From a virus: a stretch of DNA of 64,000 bases. The stretch is from the IMG/VR virus record IMGVR_UViG_3300007734_000758; one strand, given 5' to 3'. Below, piece after piece: positions 51,093 through 59,253 of this stretch. The position numbers and the translations under genes were made by a program. Under the pieces are notes generated by a model. That model did not search any database and had not been told where the DNA came from. It saw only the letters and a list, made by a program, of their open reading frames with translations. Position 1 is the stretch's first letter. Each line of letters begins with the position of its first letter.

Positions 51093-51458
51093 TTAACTTA
51101 AAAAGCGAAGCTTATAAAGAGTACTATTCACCAACTCTTCAACAGTATCGATCTGATTCTGAATATATGAATCTTGTATTGCAGACCTGGTGCTACTGAT
51201 AATTGAAAGGAGTGCTTTCAAATATCCGATAACAGTCGCTTTTCCGCTGTATTGAATAACATTATAGCTTTGATATCCTTCTAAAATACCGTACTTACCT
51301 TGGTACGATTCTACCAACCCATCAACTAATCCTACAATACCATCGTAATATGCGCCTAAAGCAACATGCTCGGCATAAGAATTAGTTTGTAAATGAAACA
51401 CATGAGTCTGTGTTCTAGAGTGCATTAAATGCGATATTAGTTTAACGAACTGTTCCAT
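51093..51458 (-). CDS. ferritin/Dps-like protein (DUF5856-like)
   Basis: H..H.QT.SYAEH.AL..YY, D...E.YQGKYG, LYKL.FL; late motif at 51464-51472. Confidence 0.7.
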   Translation of the reverse strand: MEQFVKLISHLMHSRTQTHVFHLQTNSYAEHVALGAYYDGIVGLVDGLVESYQGKYGILEGYQSYNVIQYSGKATVIGYLKALLSIISSTRSAIQDSYIQNQIDTVEELVNSTLYKLRFLS

Positions 51459-51493
51459 ATATTAATAAATATGTAGTAGGATAAAAAAAAAAT

Positions 51494-51524
51494 AAAATAA
51501 AGGGAGAAACTCTCCCTTTATTTT
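51494..51524 (-). terminator. rho-independent terminator
   Basis: Perfect stem aaaataaagggaga-aac-tctccctttatttt followed by a U-run on the minus strand. Confidence 0.85.
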
Positions 51525-51534
51525 GTATTACGGA

Positions 51535-51753
51535 TTAAGCACTCACCATATCGGAGTTCTTAGTACGACGACGTGCTAAGTTATAAGCATTGCTGATGAT
51601 TGCTTTGTTATAACTTTCAGCACGCAGAACCTTTGAGATGAATGATACTGAGTAAGCATCACCCATACGTTCTTGAATTTTACGAGCATCGCCCGTACGT
51701 TTCCGCGAATTGTAGACAGCCAATTGGGCCATCGGATTGTTTCTGAGACTCAT
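51535..51753 (-). CDS. small basic, probably DNA-binding protein (likely start MSLRNN)
   Basis: R/K-rich, HTH-like YSVSFISKVL, own terminator. Confidence 0.6.
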   Translation of the reverse strand: MSLRNNPMAQLAVYNSRKRTGDARKIQERMGDAYSVSFISKVLRAESYNKAIISNAYNLARRRTKNSDMVSA

Positions 51754-51772
51754 TTTTGTTTTTGTTTTGTGA

Positions 51773-52348
51773 TTAAATAATTTCGTCAATAAACTTATAT
51801 CGTAGTGCTTCTTCTGAGGATATATACCAATCTAATTTAGTACGTTTTATCGTATCTAACTGCTTACGTTTTATGGCCGTTTTCGAGATTAAGTAATTAT
51901 CATACTGTGCCATAATTCGAGCAGTCTCTTCTAAATTCTCTTTTAATGTCGATAGCTTTTCCTGTACGGGAGTATCCAAACATTCATGATACATATATGT
52001 TGCTAATGAATGACCGAACCTTTTATGACCAGAAACTAAAATTAATAGTGCCATCGACATAGCATGGCCATAACATATTGTATGTACTGGAGTCTTAGAT
52101 GTTTCAATAACGCCAATCAATCCAAACCCATCATATATAGTACCACCGGGGCTATTGATAATAATACGAATCGGTTTGCGTTCATAACCTACCACAGATT
52201 CTTCAGAAGAATCGTCTTCATCATTTATATCGCATATTGTCTGTATCATATCGGCCACGTTCTCATGGTTCACCTCACCGGATAATATGATCGTTCTGGA
52301 TAAATTATCTTTATCGATACTCTGTTTCTCTTTACGTGCCATAATCAT
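51773..52348 (-). CDS. clpP: ClpP-like serine protease
   Basis: INSPGG, G.AMSMA, H, D.Y.S.EEA. Confidence 0.88.
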   Translation of the reverse strand: MIMARKEKQSIDKDNLSRTIILSGEVNHENVADMIQTICDINDEDDSSEESVVGYERKPIRIIINSPGGTIYDGFGLIGVIETSKTPVHTICYGHAMSMALLILVSGHKRFGHSLATYMYHECLDTPVQEKLSTLKENLEETARIMAQYDNYLISKTAIKRKQLDTIKRTKLDWYISSEEALRYKFIDEII

Positions 52349-52740
52349 TCAAATTCTAAATACTCATCAGTTAAATCTTTTAAACGTTGTAGAACATCGT
52401 CAGAAGTGTGGCCATCAAATTTAGGCGCATGTTCTAAATCGATAGCAAAACTGCAATCATCCCACTTGGAATCTGGTAAATGATAAGTAATCTGGTTTCC
52501 TGGAATCGCATTAATTCCTAAAATAAACCAACCATCCCACTCATCACCATCGGAATGTTTTTTGCTTCTCCAAACAATCGGACTAAATAATGATTCGTCA
52601 GCTGAAAACATCTTGCATAAGTTAATGTACAATTCAATTCGATGGTTGTACAGTTCTCCGAAAGTATGATATCCATCTGAAATCAAGTCAGTATTGACTT
52701 TGGATTCCTTTATTGTTTTATTAATCTGATTCGCGTCCAT
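52345..52740 (-). CDS. conserved phage protein (SDGYHTF.ELY.HR / DGH family)
   Basis: Motifs SDGYHTFGELYNHR, QITYH, FDGHT. Confidence 0.7.
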   Translation of the reverse strand: MDANQINKTIKESKVNTDLISDGYHTFGELYNHRIELYINLCKMFSADESLFSPIVWRSKKHSDGDEWDGWFILGINAIPGNQITYHLPDSKWDDCSFAIDLEHAPKFDGHTSDDVLQRLKDLTDEYLEFE

Positions 52741-52935
52741 AATATTGATATAGTATCTAATATAGAATAATTAGTTGATACTAACAAGTTGATAAGATCG
52801 GGATGTGAAAAAGAATCATTGCACAAACCTAACAAATGTAACAGTTCAGTCATTTAAATTAGTTATAAGTAACCACGCAATTATGATTAAAATCAAAGCA
52901 AAACATACCCAATAGAAAGGCATCATAAGATATTC

Positions 52936-53253
52936 TTAAGCATCATACTCTATGTCAGCGAGGATCATAAGCAATTCCGATTCACGGAACAACAGATATT
53001 CTTCACCATCTACTTTGACTTCCTGCCCGGTCCCGAACGGAATCATTACTTGATCTCCCACTCTAGTAGACATTGGGATCTTTATACCATTCTGTGTATA
53101 TAGTCCTTCACCAACTGCAATAACGGTTGCTAGTTTGACATCAAGGTTATGTACAGTTTCTGGAATGATAATACCACCGAGAGTTTTGTTTTCTTTGTTT
53201 TTAATTTCTTTTACTAGGACTCGGTCACCTAGCGGCATCAGTCGTTTTGTCAT
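52936..53253 (-). CDS. groES: co-chaperonin GroES
   Basis: PLGDRVLV, T.GGIIIP, VIAVG.G, VGD.V. Confidence 0.93.
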   Translation of the reverse strand: MTKRLMPLGDRVLVKEIKNKENKTLGGIIIPETVHNLDVKLATVIAVGEGLYTQNGIKIPMSTRVGDQVMIPFGTGQEVKVDGEEYLLFRESELLMILADIEYDA

Positions 53254-53545
53254 AACTTTCCTCTTTAATTAATTTATGATAGTCTCGTAATTTCGCAGCT
53301 GCTTCATAATCTTCTATCCGTACTGCATATGATTCCATATCGACTAACATCCTATCAAAATCCATGTCAAACTCTTCCTCTAATATGGATTGTATCATTA
53401 GTTTATGAATCAATGAAAGATTCGAAGATGCTAATTCAGGATGATAATTGTATGATTCCAACATGCTGGTAGGAAGCTCAACGCCCGACTGAATTAACTT
53501 AAGTAATATAGCAGCTTTTAATCTACCTACCAAATCATTTTTCAT
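53225..53545 (-). CDS. UVR-domain protein
   Basis: AV..EDYEAAAKLRD. Confidence 0.65.
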   Translation of the reverse strand: MKNDLVGRLKAAILLKLIQSGVELPTSMLESYNYHPELASSNLSLIHKLMIQSILEEEFDMDFDRMLVDMESYAVRIEDYEAAAKLRDYHKLIKEESYDKTTDAAR

Positions 53546-53556
53546 AACATTGTATT

Positions 53557-53826
53557 TTAGTTTGGAACTTCTTCGGAAGGAAATTCACTTTCTATTCTTA
53601 ATTTGACGTCATTGTTATTTTTGTTTATCTTTTCAATGACATTTCCTAATAGAGTAGCGCCTATTATACTACCGAATACCGCAATGAAATCTGCAGATAA
53701 TGTAGTACCACCACTCAAATCTACAATGCCCGCGGCAAGTAAAAATAGAAATGAAATCAATCCAATAACTCGTTTACTTGAAACGTCATCACTACTTGAT
53801 ACTAATTTTTTAACGAATGCCTTCAT
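53557..53826 (-). CDS. two-TM membrane protein (holin-like)
   Basis: SSKRV followed by two TM segments; late motif upstream. Confidence 0.5.
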   Translation of the reverse strand: MKAFVKKLVSSSDDVSSKRVIGLISFLFLLAAGIVDLSGGTTLSADFIAVFGSIIGATLLGNVIEKINKNNNDVKLRIESEFPSEEVPN

Positions 53827-53829
53827 ATC

Positions 53830-54156
53830 TATAAATATGAATCAATTCGATAACGGTGCTTTAATTGTTGGGTGTGATATATACGTCTCCTGTAACACCA
53901 CTTGCTCCTCCGGTAATTAATATAGATGAACCGTCTGTAAAAGTAACTGTGTATCCTTTATATCTACCATTTGACTTGAAACTTTCTATTGTTTTGCCTT
54001 TAAGAGAAGCATTTGGATTATTCATTAAATTATCTTCGTTCAGAATGGTTTGAACTTCTTCCCTTATGATTTGTTGTAGTTCTGATTTTTTCATAGTTTA
54101 TCTTTATTATAAATATGAATCAATTCGATAAAAGTGCTTTAATGGTTGGGTGTGAT
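53830..54156. repeat. 49-bp direct repeat (53830-53878 and 54108-54156) comprising the thyA 3' end plus the late motif
   Basis: 46/49 identical by manual alignment. Confidence 0.92.
53861..54094 (-). CDS. small protein with cargo-type leader MKKSELQQIIREEV
   Basis: Leader nearly identical to that of 56079. Confidence 0.75.
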   Translation of the reverse strand: MKKSELQQIIREEVQTILNEDNLMNNPNASLKGKTIESFKSNGRYKGYTVTFTDGSSILITGGASGVTGDVYITPNN

Positions 54157-55355
54157 TGATAGTTGTTTAAATAAAAATCTTCAAACACTAACTTATCCCA
54201 ATTACCCGACCCTGGTTGTAAGCATGATGGTAATGTTATGGTTGGTAATGGATATGGTTCTCTTGTTCGTTTTGGTAATTTAGAAACATATTCCATTCTA
54301 TATTCATAATTAGCAGCATCCATACCAGACTGTTGTAAATGTTCTAAGATTTCCTCTTGTGTAAATTCTCTTCCAATCTGTTCTTTAGCTTGTTCAATAT
54401 GATTTGAATATAAATGTACATCACCCAAGTTTCCAATTAATTCATCAGGAACCATATTAACTTCTTTAGCAATTATCTCCAACAACAATCCATAGGAAGC
54501 GATGTTAAATGGCAAGCCCAGAAAAGTATCTACTGAACGTTGATTCCACATTAAAGAGATTGCTCTGGTTGGAACATTAAGTTGATTAAGTGTTTTTTCA
54601 TTTTCTTCTTTAAAATGCGTTTCAAACAATTTAATATCATCACTAGTATGTTGACTAAGTGACATATATTTACTTTGCCATAATCTAAATCTTTCTTCAA
54701 AACTCAACTCTCTTGTATAAACTTGAAATCCATAATGACATGGTGGAAGAACCATATTATCTAATTCACCAACATTCCAAGCATTAACCATTATACGTCT
54801 TGAATCTGGGTTTGTTTTTAATTCATTAATTAAGCCCAGAATTTGGTCTATAACTGTTTGGTCCATTTCATCATAAATGTTTTCATATGAACCATCTGTT
54901 GATAAATACATTTTCTTTTTAGTCCATCTTCTCCATTGCTTCCCATAGATTGGTCCTAATTCACCCCACTTCTTAGCAAACTCATCATCTGTTTTGATTT
55001 TATTGATGAATTCTTCTTTTGATATATCTCCACAGTCGCACGTATTGGTATGGCCACAATAACACTTTCCATCTCTATTTTGATACGCCTTGTAAGCATC
55101 ACCATCCCAAATGTGACAATCATTATCAACAAGGAATTTGATGTTTGTGTCGCCACGGAGAAACCATATGAGCTCTGTAACTATTCCTTTCCAATACATC
55201 TTCTTTGTAGTGATCAACGGAAACCCTGCACTCATTCTATGTCTTATCTGTCTACCGAATACAGATAGTGTATCACCATTTCTGGTTTGTTTTTTGGTAC
55301 CATTATCAAGAATGTCTTGTAAGAGTGCTTGGTATTGTTTATCTAATGAGTTCAT
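54120..55355 (-). CDS. thyA: thymidylate synthase with four insertions
   Basis: ELIWF.RG, IW, LGPIYG.QWR, SRR, LPPCH, QRSVD..LGLPFNIASY, H.Y.NH. Confidence 0.96.
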   Translation of the reverse strand: MNSLDKQYQALLQDILDNGTKKQTRNGDTLSVFGRQIRHRMSAGFPLITTKKMYWKGIVTELIWFLRGDTNIKFLVDNDCHIWDGDAYKAYQNRDGKCYCGHTNTCDCGDISKEEFINKIKTDDEFAKKWGELGPIYGKQWRRWTKKKMYLSTDGSYENIYDEMDQTVIDQILGLINELKTNPDSRRIMVNAWNVGELDNMVLPPCHYGFQVYTRELSFEERFRLWQSKYMSLSQHTSDDIKLFETHFKEENEKTLNQLNVPTRAISLMWNQRSVDTFLGLPFNIASYGLLLEIIAKEVNMVPDELIGNLGDVHLYSNHIEQAKEQIGREFTQEEILEHLQQSGMDAANYEYRMEYVSKLPKRTREPYPLPTITLPSCLQPGSGNWDKLVFEDFYLNNYQSHPTIKALLSN

Positions 55356-55423
55356 TCCGTTATTAATTTTTGTAAGAACTCTTCTTTTGTTAATGGAGTT
55401 CCATCTTCGTGTTTATATTTCAT
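55352..55423 (-). CDS. 23-aa mini-ORF coupled to thyA (MKYKHEDGTPLTKEEFLQKLITE)
   Basis: Lies between the promoter and thyA, with ATGA overlap. Confidence 0.4.
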   Translation of the reverse strand: MKYKHEDGTPLTKEEFLQKLITE

Positions 55424-55427
55424 AACT

Positions 55428-55458
55428 TAAATGTAGGAAATTAATTTGAGATTTACAA
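55428..55458 (-). promoter_or_regulatory. early/middle promoter TTG-N20-TACATTTA
   Basis: Motif match. Confidence 0.65.
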
Positions 55459-56073
55459 CACCTTTACATAAATCTCATCACCATCTATTTTAGTGATTTC
55501 CATTCGAGTGTTTCTTGGAAAAATAAACTCTGCTTCACCTTCTGCCATCATCATTGGTAGTGGTGCTTGTGCTGCTTTGTTAAGTGCTCCTGTCAATATC
55601 AACACTGCACCTTTCCCAGTACGTCTTGCAAAATGCTCTGCTGTTGTGTAGTCCTCTGTTGTGGACATGAATGCCTTGTCTATAAAATTTTTAGACCTTG
55701 CTGTAATTATCGTTTGGTATAACTCTTTACCAATACCTCTATATAACTCGCTTCCAGTAAACTTTGGAGCTACCTCTATGTACTGATCTATTAGTGCTGC
55801 CTTTGGTGGTAGTTTGTCTGCTCGTAGAGACTTATTCATCCTACCATACAAGCTTGCTGTGTAGCCTTGTGCAGCTTTGTTTAACTCTTTTGTTTTCTCT
55901 ATCCCCACCTTTTTTACTATGGGTAGTAGTCTGTTTAACTCACGCTTGTAGCCTGGCTTTTGTCTTTCTTCGTTGTGGTACTTATTTTGGACAAGATCAA
56001 AGCGTAACAGCTCTTGTTCTATTTGAGCAACAGTATCATTGGCTCCTTCTAGTAGGTCTTTAAGCTTGATCAT
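55453..56073 (-). CDS. ADP-ribosyltransferase (VIP2/Alt-like R-S-E class) with leader MIKLKDLLE
   Basis: YT...Y..MN..LR, LYRG, FMSTT, EAEFIFPR. Confidence 0.85.
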   Translation of the reverse strand: MIKLKDLLEGANDTVAQIEQELLRFDLVQNKYHNEERQKPGYKRELNRLLPIVKKVGIEKTKELNKAAQGYTASLYGRMNKSLRADKLPPKAALIDQYIEVAPKFTGSELYRGIGKELYQTIITARSKNFIDKAFMSTTEDYTTAEHFARRTGKGAVLILTGALNKAAQAPLPMMMAEGEAEFIFPRNTRMEITKIDGDEIYVKVL

Positions 56074-56078
56074 GTTAC

Positions 56079-56558
56079 TCAGTTTGATTGATAATCAGCT
56101 CCAAGCTTCTGTGCAAGTTTTTCCCAATAACCATCACTCCTATCATCCTCTATGACTAACACTCTTTCGGTTATGGGATTGAACCTTTTTGCTCCAAAGT
56201 CAAACATAGCTTTAATAATATCGCCAGTTACACCTGAATATTTGTTTGCTGTTGCGTTAGCTACGACTAGGTTAAGGGTCTCACCTTCTGCATACAAGTT
56301 GAAAGCAAGGTAGTAATGTCTACGATTACCCTCTCCCCACATTGATGCTGCTGACGGATCATCTTTATCTGTGCTAACATAAATGTAATCTTCTTGATCG
56401 AAATATAATTTTACTTTTGGATATTTTTTTGCAAATATTTGTGTGATTATTGGCTTTACCTCATTAAGTTCAGCTTCTTCCAATTCACCATCAGTTAATT
56501 CTTTAAGTACTTTATTAATTTCTTCTTTAATAATAGTTCTTAATTCTGATTTTTTCAT
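56079..56558 (-). CDS. protein with cargo-type leader MKKSELRTIIKEEI; possible GNAT-like C-terminal fold
   Basis: Leader, late motif at 56574-56582, S.GYWEKL end. Confidence 0.7.
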   Translation of the reverse strand: MKKSELRTIIKEEINKVLKELTDGELEEAELNEVKPIITQIFAKKYPKVKLYFDQEDYIYVSTDKDDPSAASMWGEGNRRHYYLAFNLYAEGETLNLVVANATANKYSGVTGDIIKAMFDFGAKRFNPITERVLVIEDDRSDGYWEKLAQKLGADYQSN

Positions 56559-56736
56559 TGGGTGTCCTTTAATAATAAATATGGTGATAAATGGAAAAAC
56601 ACTACTTATCTTTAACTTTTTTTAGATAATCTTCGTAAAGTTTGTCATCTGATTTACCACCCCAATTACGCCAACCAGCCCCATAAATCGGGATGGAATA
56701 TGTTTCTTTATCTGAGTTGTTCGTTTCCTTCATAAG

Positions 56737-57501
56737 TTATACGCCGGTCTTTTTATTCCAAATAGTTACATGTAACCTATCTGTAAATCTGACACCTTCC
56801 CTGATAGCTAGGTCAGCAGCTAATTCCCTAGTATTGTTTAATTCTTCCTGCGTCTGTCCTTCAGGCATAATTACGATTTTATCTTTTGTAATAAAACCAG
56901 GAGTTATATAATCGTTTTGTATTTCATTCCAATCAGCTTCACTGTTAACCACGAACTTAAAGATAGAATTCGGTAAACTTCCCATATATGCAAGAACAAG
57001 TGGCTTGATCCTAACTTTTTCTTTCATCCCGGAATTGTTTAATTTCGGGCTATTGTTCCACCAATCTACTAATTCTACGAACTCGGTTGTTGGCATAAGA
57101 ACTGCCTCGTTTTCTACCTCAACATACGGTTTAAATCCATATTTATCCTTAAATGCTGTTAAGAAGGCAATACATTCCTTCTCCTGTTTTAATGGAGACC
57201 CACCGGTCAATATCAAATGCTGGCCGGTTTTGAATCTTTCTACTAGTCCGATAGATTCAAACATATCGAAAATCTCATCGAAGGAATATTCATTGCCCTC
57301 AGGCCAAACATCTAACGTGTCACACCACACACATTTCAATGTGCAGCCTTGAAGCCGTATAAATGTAGATATCACACCCGCATGCGGGCCTTCGCCTTGT
57401 ATAGTATCTGAAAACATTTCGGCGATTGCTAATTTATCCGTACCATTTACTTTTTTGGTGAAGGTAGGTTTCTGTTGTATTAATGTTATTGGCATAACCA
57501 T
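56737..57501 (-). CDS. queE: 7-carboxy-7-deazaguanine synthase (radical SAM)
   Basis: E.F..IQGEG, FIRLQGCTLKCVWCDT, LTGG.P, SPKL, FKFV, RLH..IW. Confidence 0.92.
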   Translation of the reverse strand: MVMPITLIQQKPTFTKKVNGTDKLAIAEMFSDTIQGEGPHAGVISTFIRLQGCTLKCVWCDTLDVWPEGNEYSFDEIFDMFESIGLVERFKTGQHLILTGGSPLKQEKECIAFLTAFKDKYGFKPYVEVENEAVLMPTTEFVELVDWWNNSPKLNNSGMKEKVRIKPLVLAYMGSLPNSIFKFVVNSEADWNEIQNDYITPGFITKDKIVIMPEGQTQEELNNTRELAADLAIREGVRFTDRLHVTIWNKKTGV

Positions 57502-57544
57502 TTACTTTTTTAAAAGATAAGAAAAAACCTTAGGGCAAACAAAT

Positions 57545-57937
57545 TTATTGAATACTTAATTTTTTAATCTTATTCTTGGCTACTGGAATTGTTACAACTA
57601 ACAGACCATTTTCTAATTTGGCCGTTGCCCTTGTAACATCATATTTAGCAGAAATTTTGTAGCCTAAGTTAAAAGAACTACGTTTGATACCACGATATAA
57701 CGTTTTTCTGGTATCGGTGTTTGTTTGTTTGTTATAACTGATATGTACACATGCATCCTCTAAGGTTACATCCACATCATCTTTTGTTAAACCAACACAA
57801 GCCACCTCAATTGATAGTGTCTCTTCGGTTTCATAAATGTCTACGGGATGTACTCTAGATACTGTGTTCGTTAATGCACTGAAAGCATTGTCTGTCGTGT
57901 TAAAGAAATCACGAAATAGGATGTCAAAGCTATCCAT
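57545..57937 (-). CDS. small heat-shock protein (Hsp20)
   Basis: PVDIYE, G....DV.V, RGI..SSF, A.LENGLL.V. Confidence 0.9.
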   Translation of the reverse strand: MDSFDILFRDFFNTTDNAFSALTNTVSRVHPVDIYETEETLSIEVACVGLTKDDVDVTLEDACVHISYNKQTNTDTRKTLYRGIKRSSFNLGYKISAKYDVTRATAKLENGLLVVTIPVAKNKIKKLSIQ

Positions 57938-58036
57938 AAAAACTCCTTTTTTTTAATTGTTACTTGAATCAATTAATCTATTTGTACTGCCCTAAGGTCT
58001 ATTATAAATATAATGAAACAGTTTGAAAACTACAAA

Positions 58037-58465
58037 TCAAACACCGGTACTTCCATGACCGCCGGTTCCACGTGCAGTCTCTCCCAATGAATCTGTTTCT
58101 ACCAATTCTGTTTGCGGTACTGGCATAATTACCAACTGTGCGGCTTTGTCGCCTATCATATAACGTTTAGAGAAGATGTTATTTATCTTTGTAAATGATA
58201 TCTGAATCTCCCCACGATAATCTGCATCTATAACACCAACAGAGTTTGTTAGGCGTATATCATAATTACGTATACTACTTCTAGGAAACACTAACCCTAC
58301 ATACCCGGGAGGGATTTCTAATGCAATATCCGTACCGTATATTACTTTCTTATCATCGTTTTCAATTATCTTACTTACATACAAGTCAAAACCTGCATCT
58401 GTGGGATGTGCCTTAGATGGCATTACTGCGGCAGCCGCTAAACGTTTTACTTTAATCTGAACCAT
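58037..58465 (-). CDS. dut: trimeric dUTPase
   Basis: AGFDL, PRSS, GVIDADYRGE, AQLVI, RG.GG.GSTG. Confidence 0.95.
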   Translation of the reverse strand: MVQIKVKRLAAAAVMPSKAHPTDAGFDLYVSKIIENDDKKVIYGTDIALEIPPGYVGLVFPRSSIRNYDIRLTNSVGVIDADYRGEIQISFTKINNIFSKRYMIGDKAAQLVIMPVPQTELVETDSLGETARGTGGHGSTGV

Positions 58466-58480
58466 AACCTAATATAAGAA

Positions 58481-58750
58481 TTATTTTCCTTTTCTCCAAC
58501 CGCCACCGGCTTTCTTATACATTTTAGCTGCCCATGCATTTGCATACGCTGACGGGTAAACATCAAACTTCTTTTTGGCTTGACCCTTATAGTAAGACCA
58601 CTTTGAGGGATCTGTAGGTATATTCTTTTCTAAGAATAAATTTAACCTTTCCGTTAATTTTTTGAGGGTCACCTTATCGTAACCTGAACCATATGGCGCT
58701 GATTTGCCAGTATCGGTATATGTTTTTGGATCTAAATTTTCTTTTTTCAT
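58481..58750 (-). CDS. conserved basic phage protein
   Basis: KKKFDVYPSAYAN...YK..GG.W. Confidence 0.7.
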   Translation of the reverse strand: MKKENLDPKTYTDTGKSAPYGSGYDKVTLKKLTERLNLFLEKNIPTDPSKWSYYKGQAKKKFDVYPSAYANAWAAKMYKKAGGGWRKGK

Positions 58751-58759
58751 TTAAATTAT

Positions 58760-59245
58760 TTATTTTAAGGGTCCGCCCATTAACCAAGCGTCACATGTAC
58801 GATCGCCGGCACATTTAAACCAAAACAACTCGCAAAATCCTAAGTTAGCGAGTTCATTTATTTGTTTACCATCATCACCCAAAGCCTTTTCTATCTTTGC
58901 AAGAGTAGTTTTACTTTGATCGAACGCAGCACAATTTTTACACCTACTAGTCTTTGCGTGCTCAACAGTGGTATTCCATAATTGCGCCTTCTGTTCCCAA
59001 AATTCTTCCGACGTAGCCTCGTCCCTAGGATTCAATGGACCGTAACCATATTCTTTTATAGTATGATTTCTATTTAAGGTATTAAGATCCAAATCTTCTA
59101 TCGCATCTTCAGGATTCACTGGTTTGTTACCGATTTCTTTTTCTTTTTCAATAGCAGCTGGAGTAATATACCCAGGAAAATCAGCTAGATTTTTTGATTC
59201 TAAAACAATATCCTTTGCGATATTTTTTAATGAGGTAAGTTTCAT
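58760..59245 (-). CDS. Cys-containing protein with leader MKLTSLKNIAKDIVLE
   Basis: YGP.NP, C.NCAAF, GFC...FKC...RTCDAW. Confidence 0.7.
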   Translation of the reverse strand: MKLTSLKNIAKDIVLESKNLADFPGYITPAAIEKEKEIGNKPVNPEDAIEDLDLNTLNRNHTIKEYGYGPLNPRDEATSEEFWEQKAQLWNTTVEHAKTSRCKNCAAFDQSKTTLAKIEKALGDDGKQINELANLGFCELFWFKCAGDRTCDAWLMGGPLK

Positions 59246-59253
59246 ATTAATAA

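Noticed and set aside
53830-54156. Direct repeat as attL/attR or an IS target duplication
   Set aside because: No integrase or transposase and no terminal inverted repeats; the enclosed DNA is one small gene.
54120-55355. Intein or intron in thyA (also checked polB and nrdJ)
   Set aside because: Frames are continuous, and the inserts are short and lack C/S...HN splice motifs.
57527-57998. CIRCE operator at hsp20
   Set aside because: The sequence does not match TTAGCACTC-N9-GAGTGCTAA, and the arms are ~450 bp apart.
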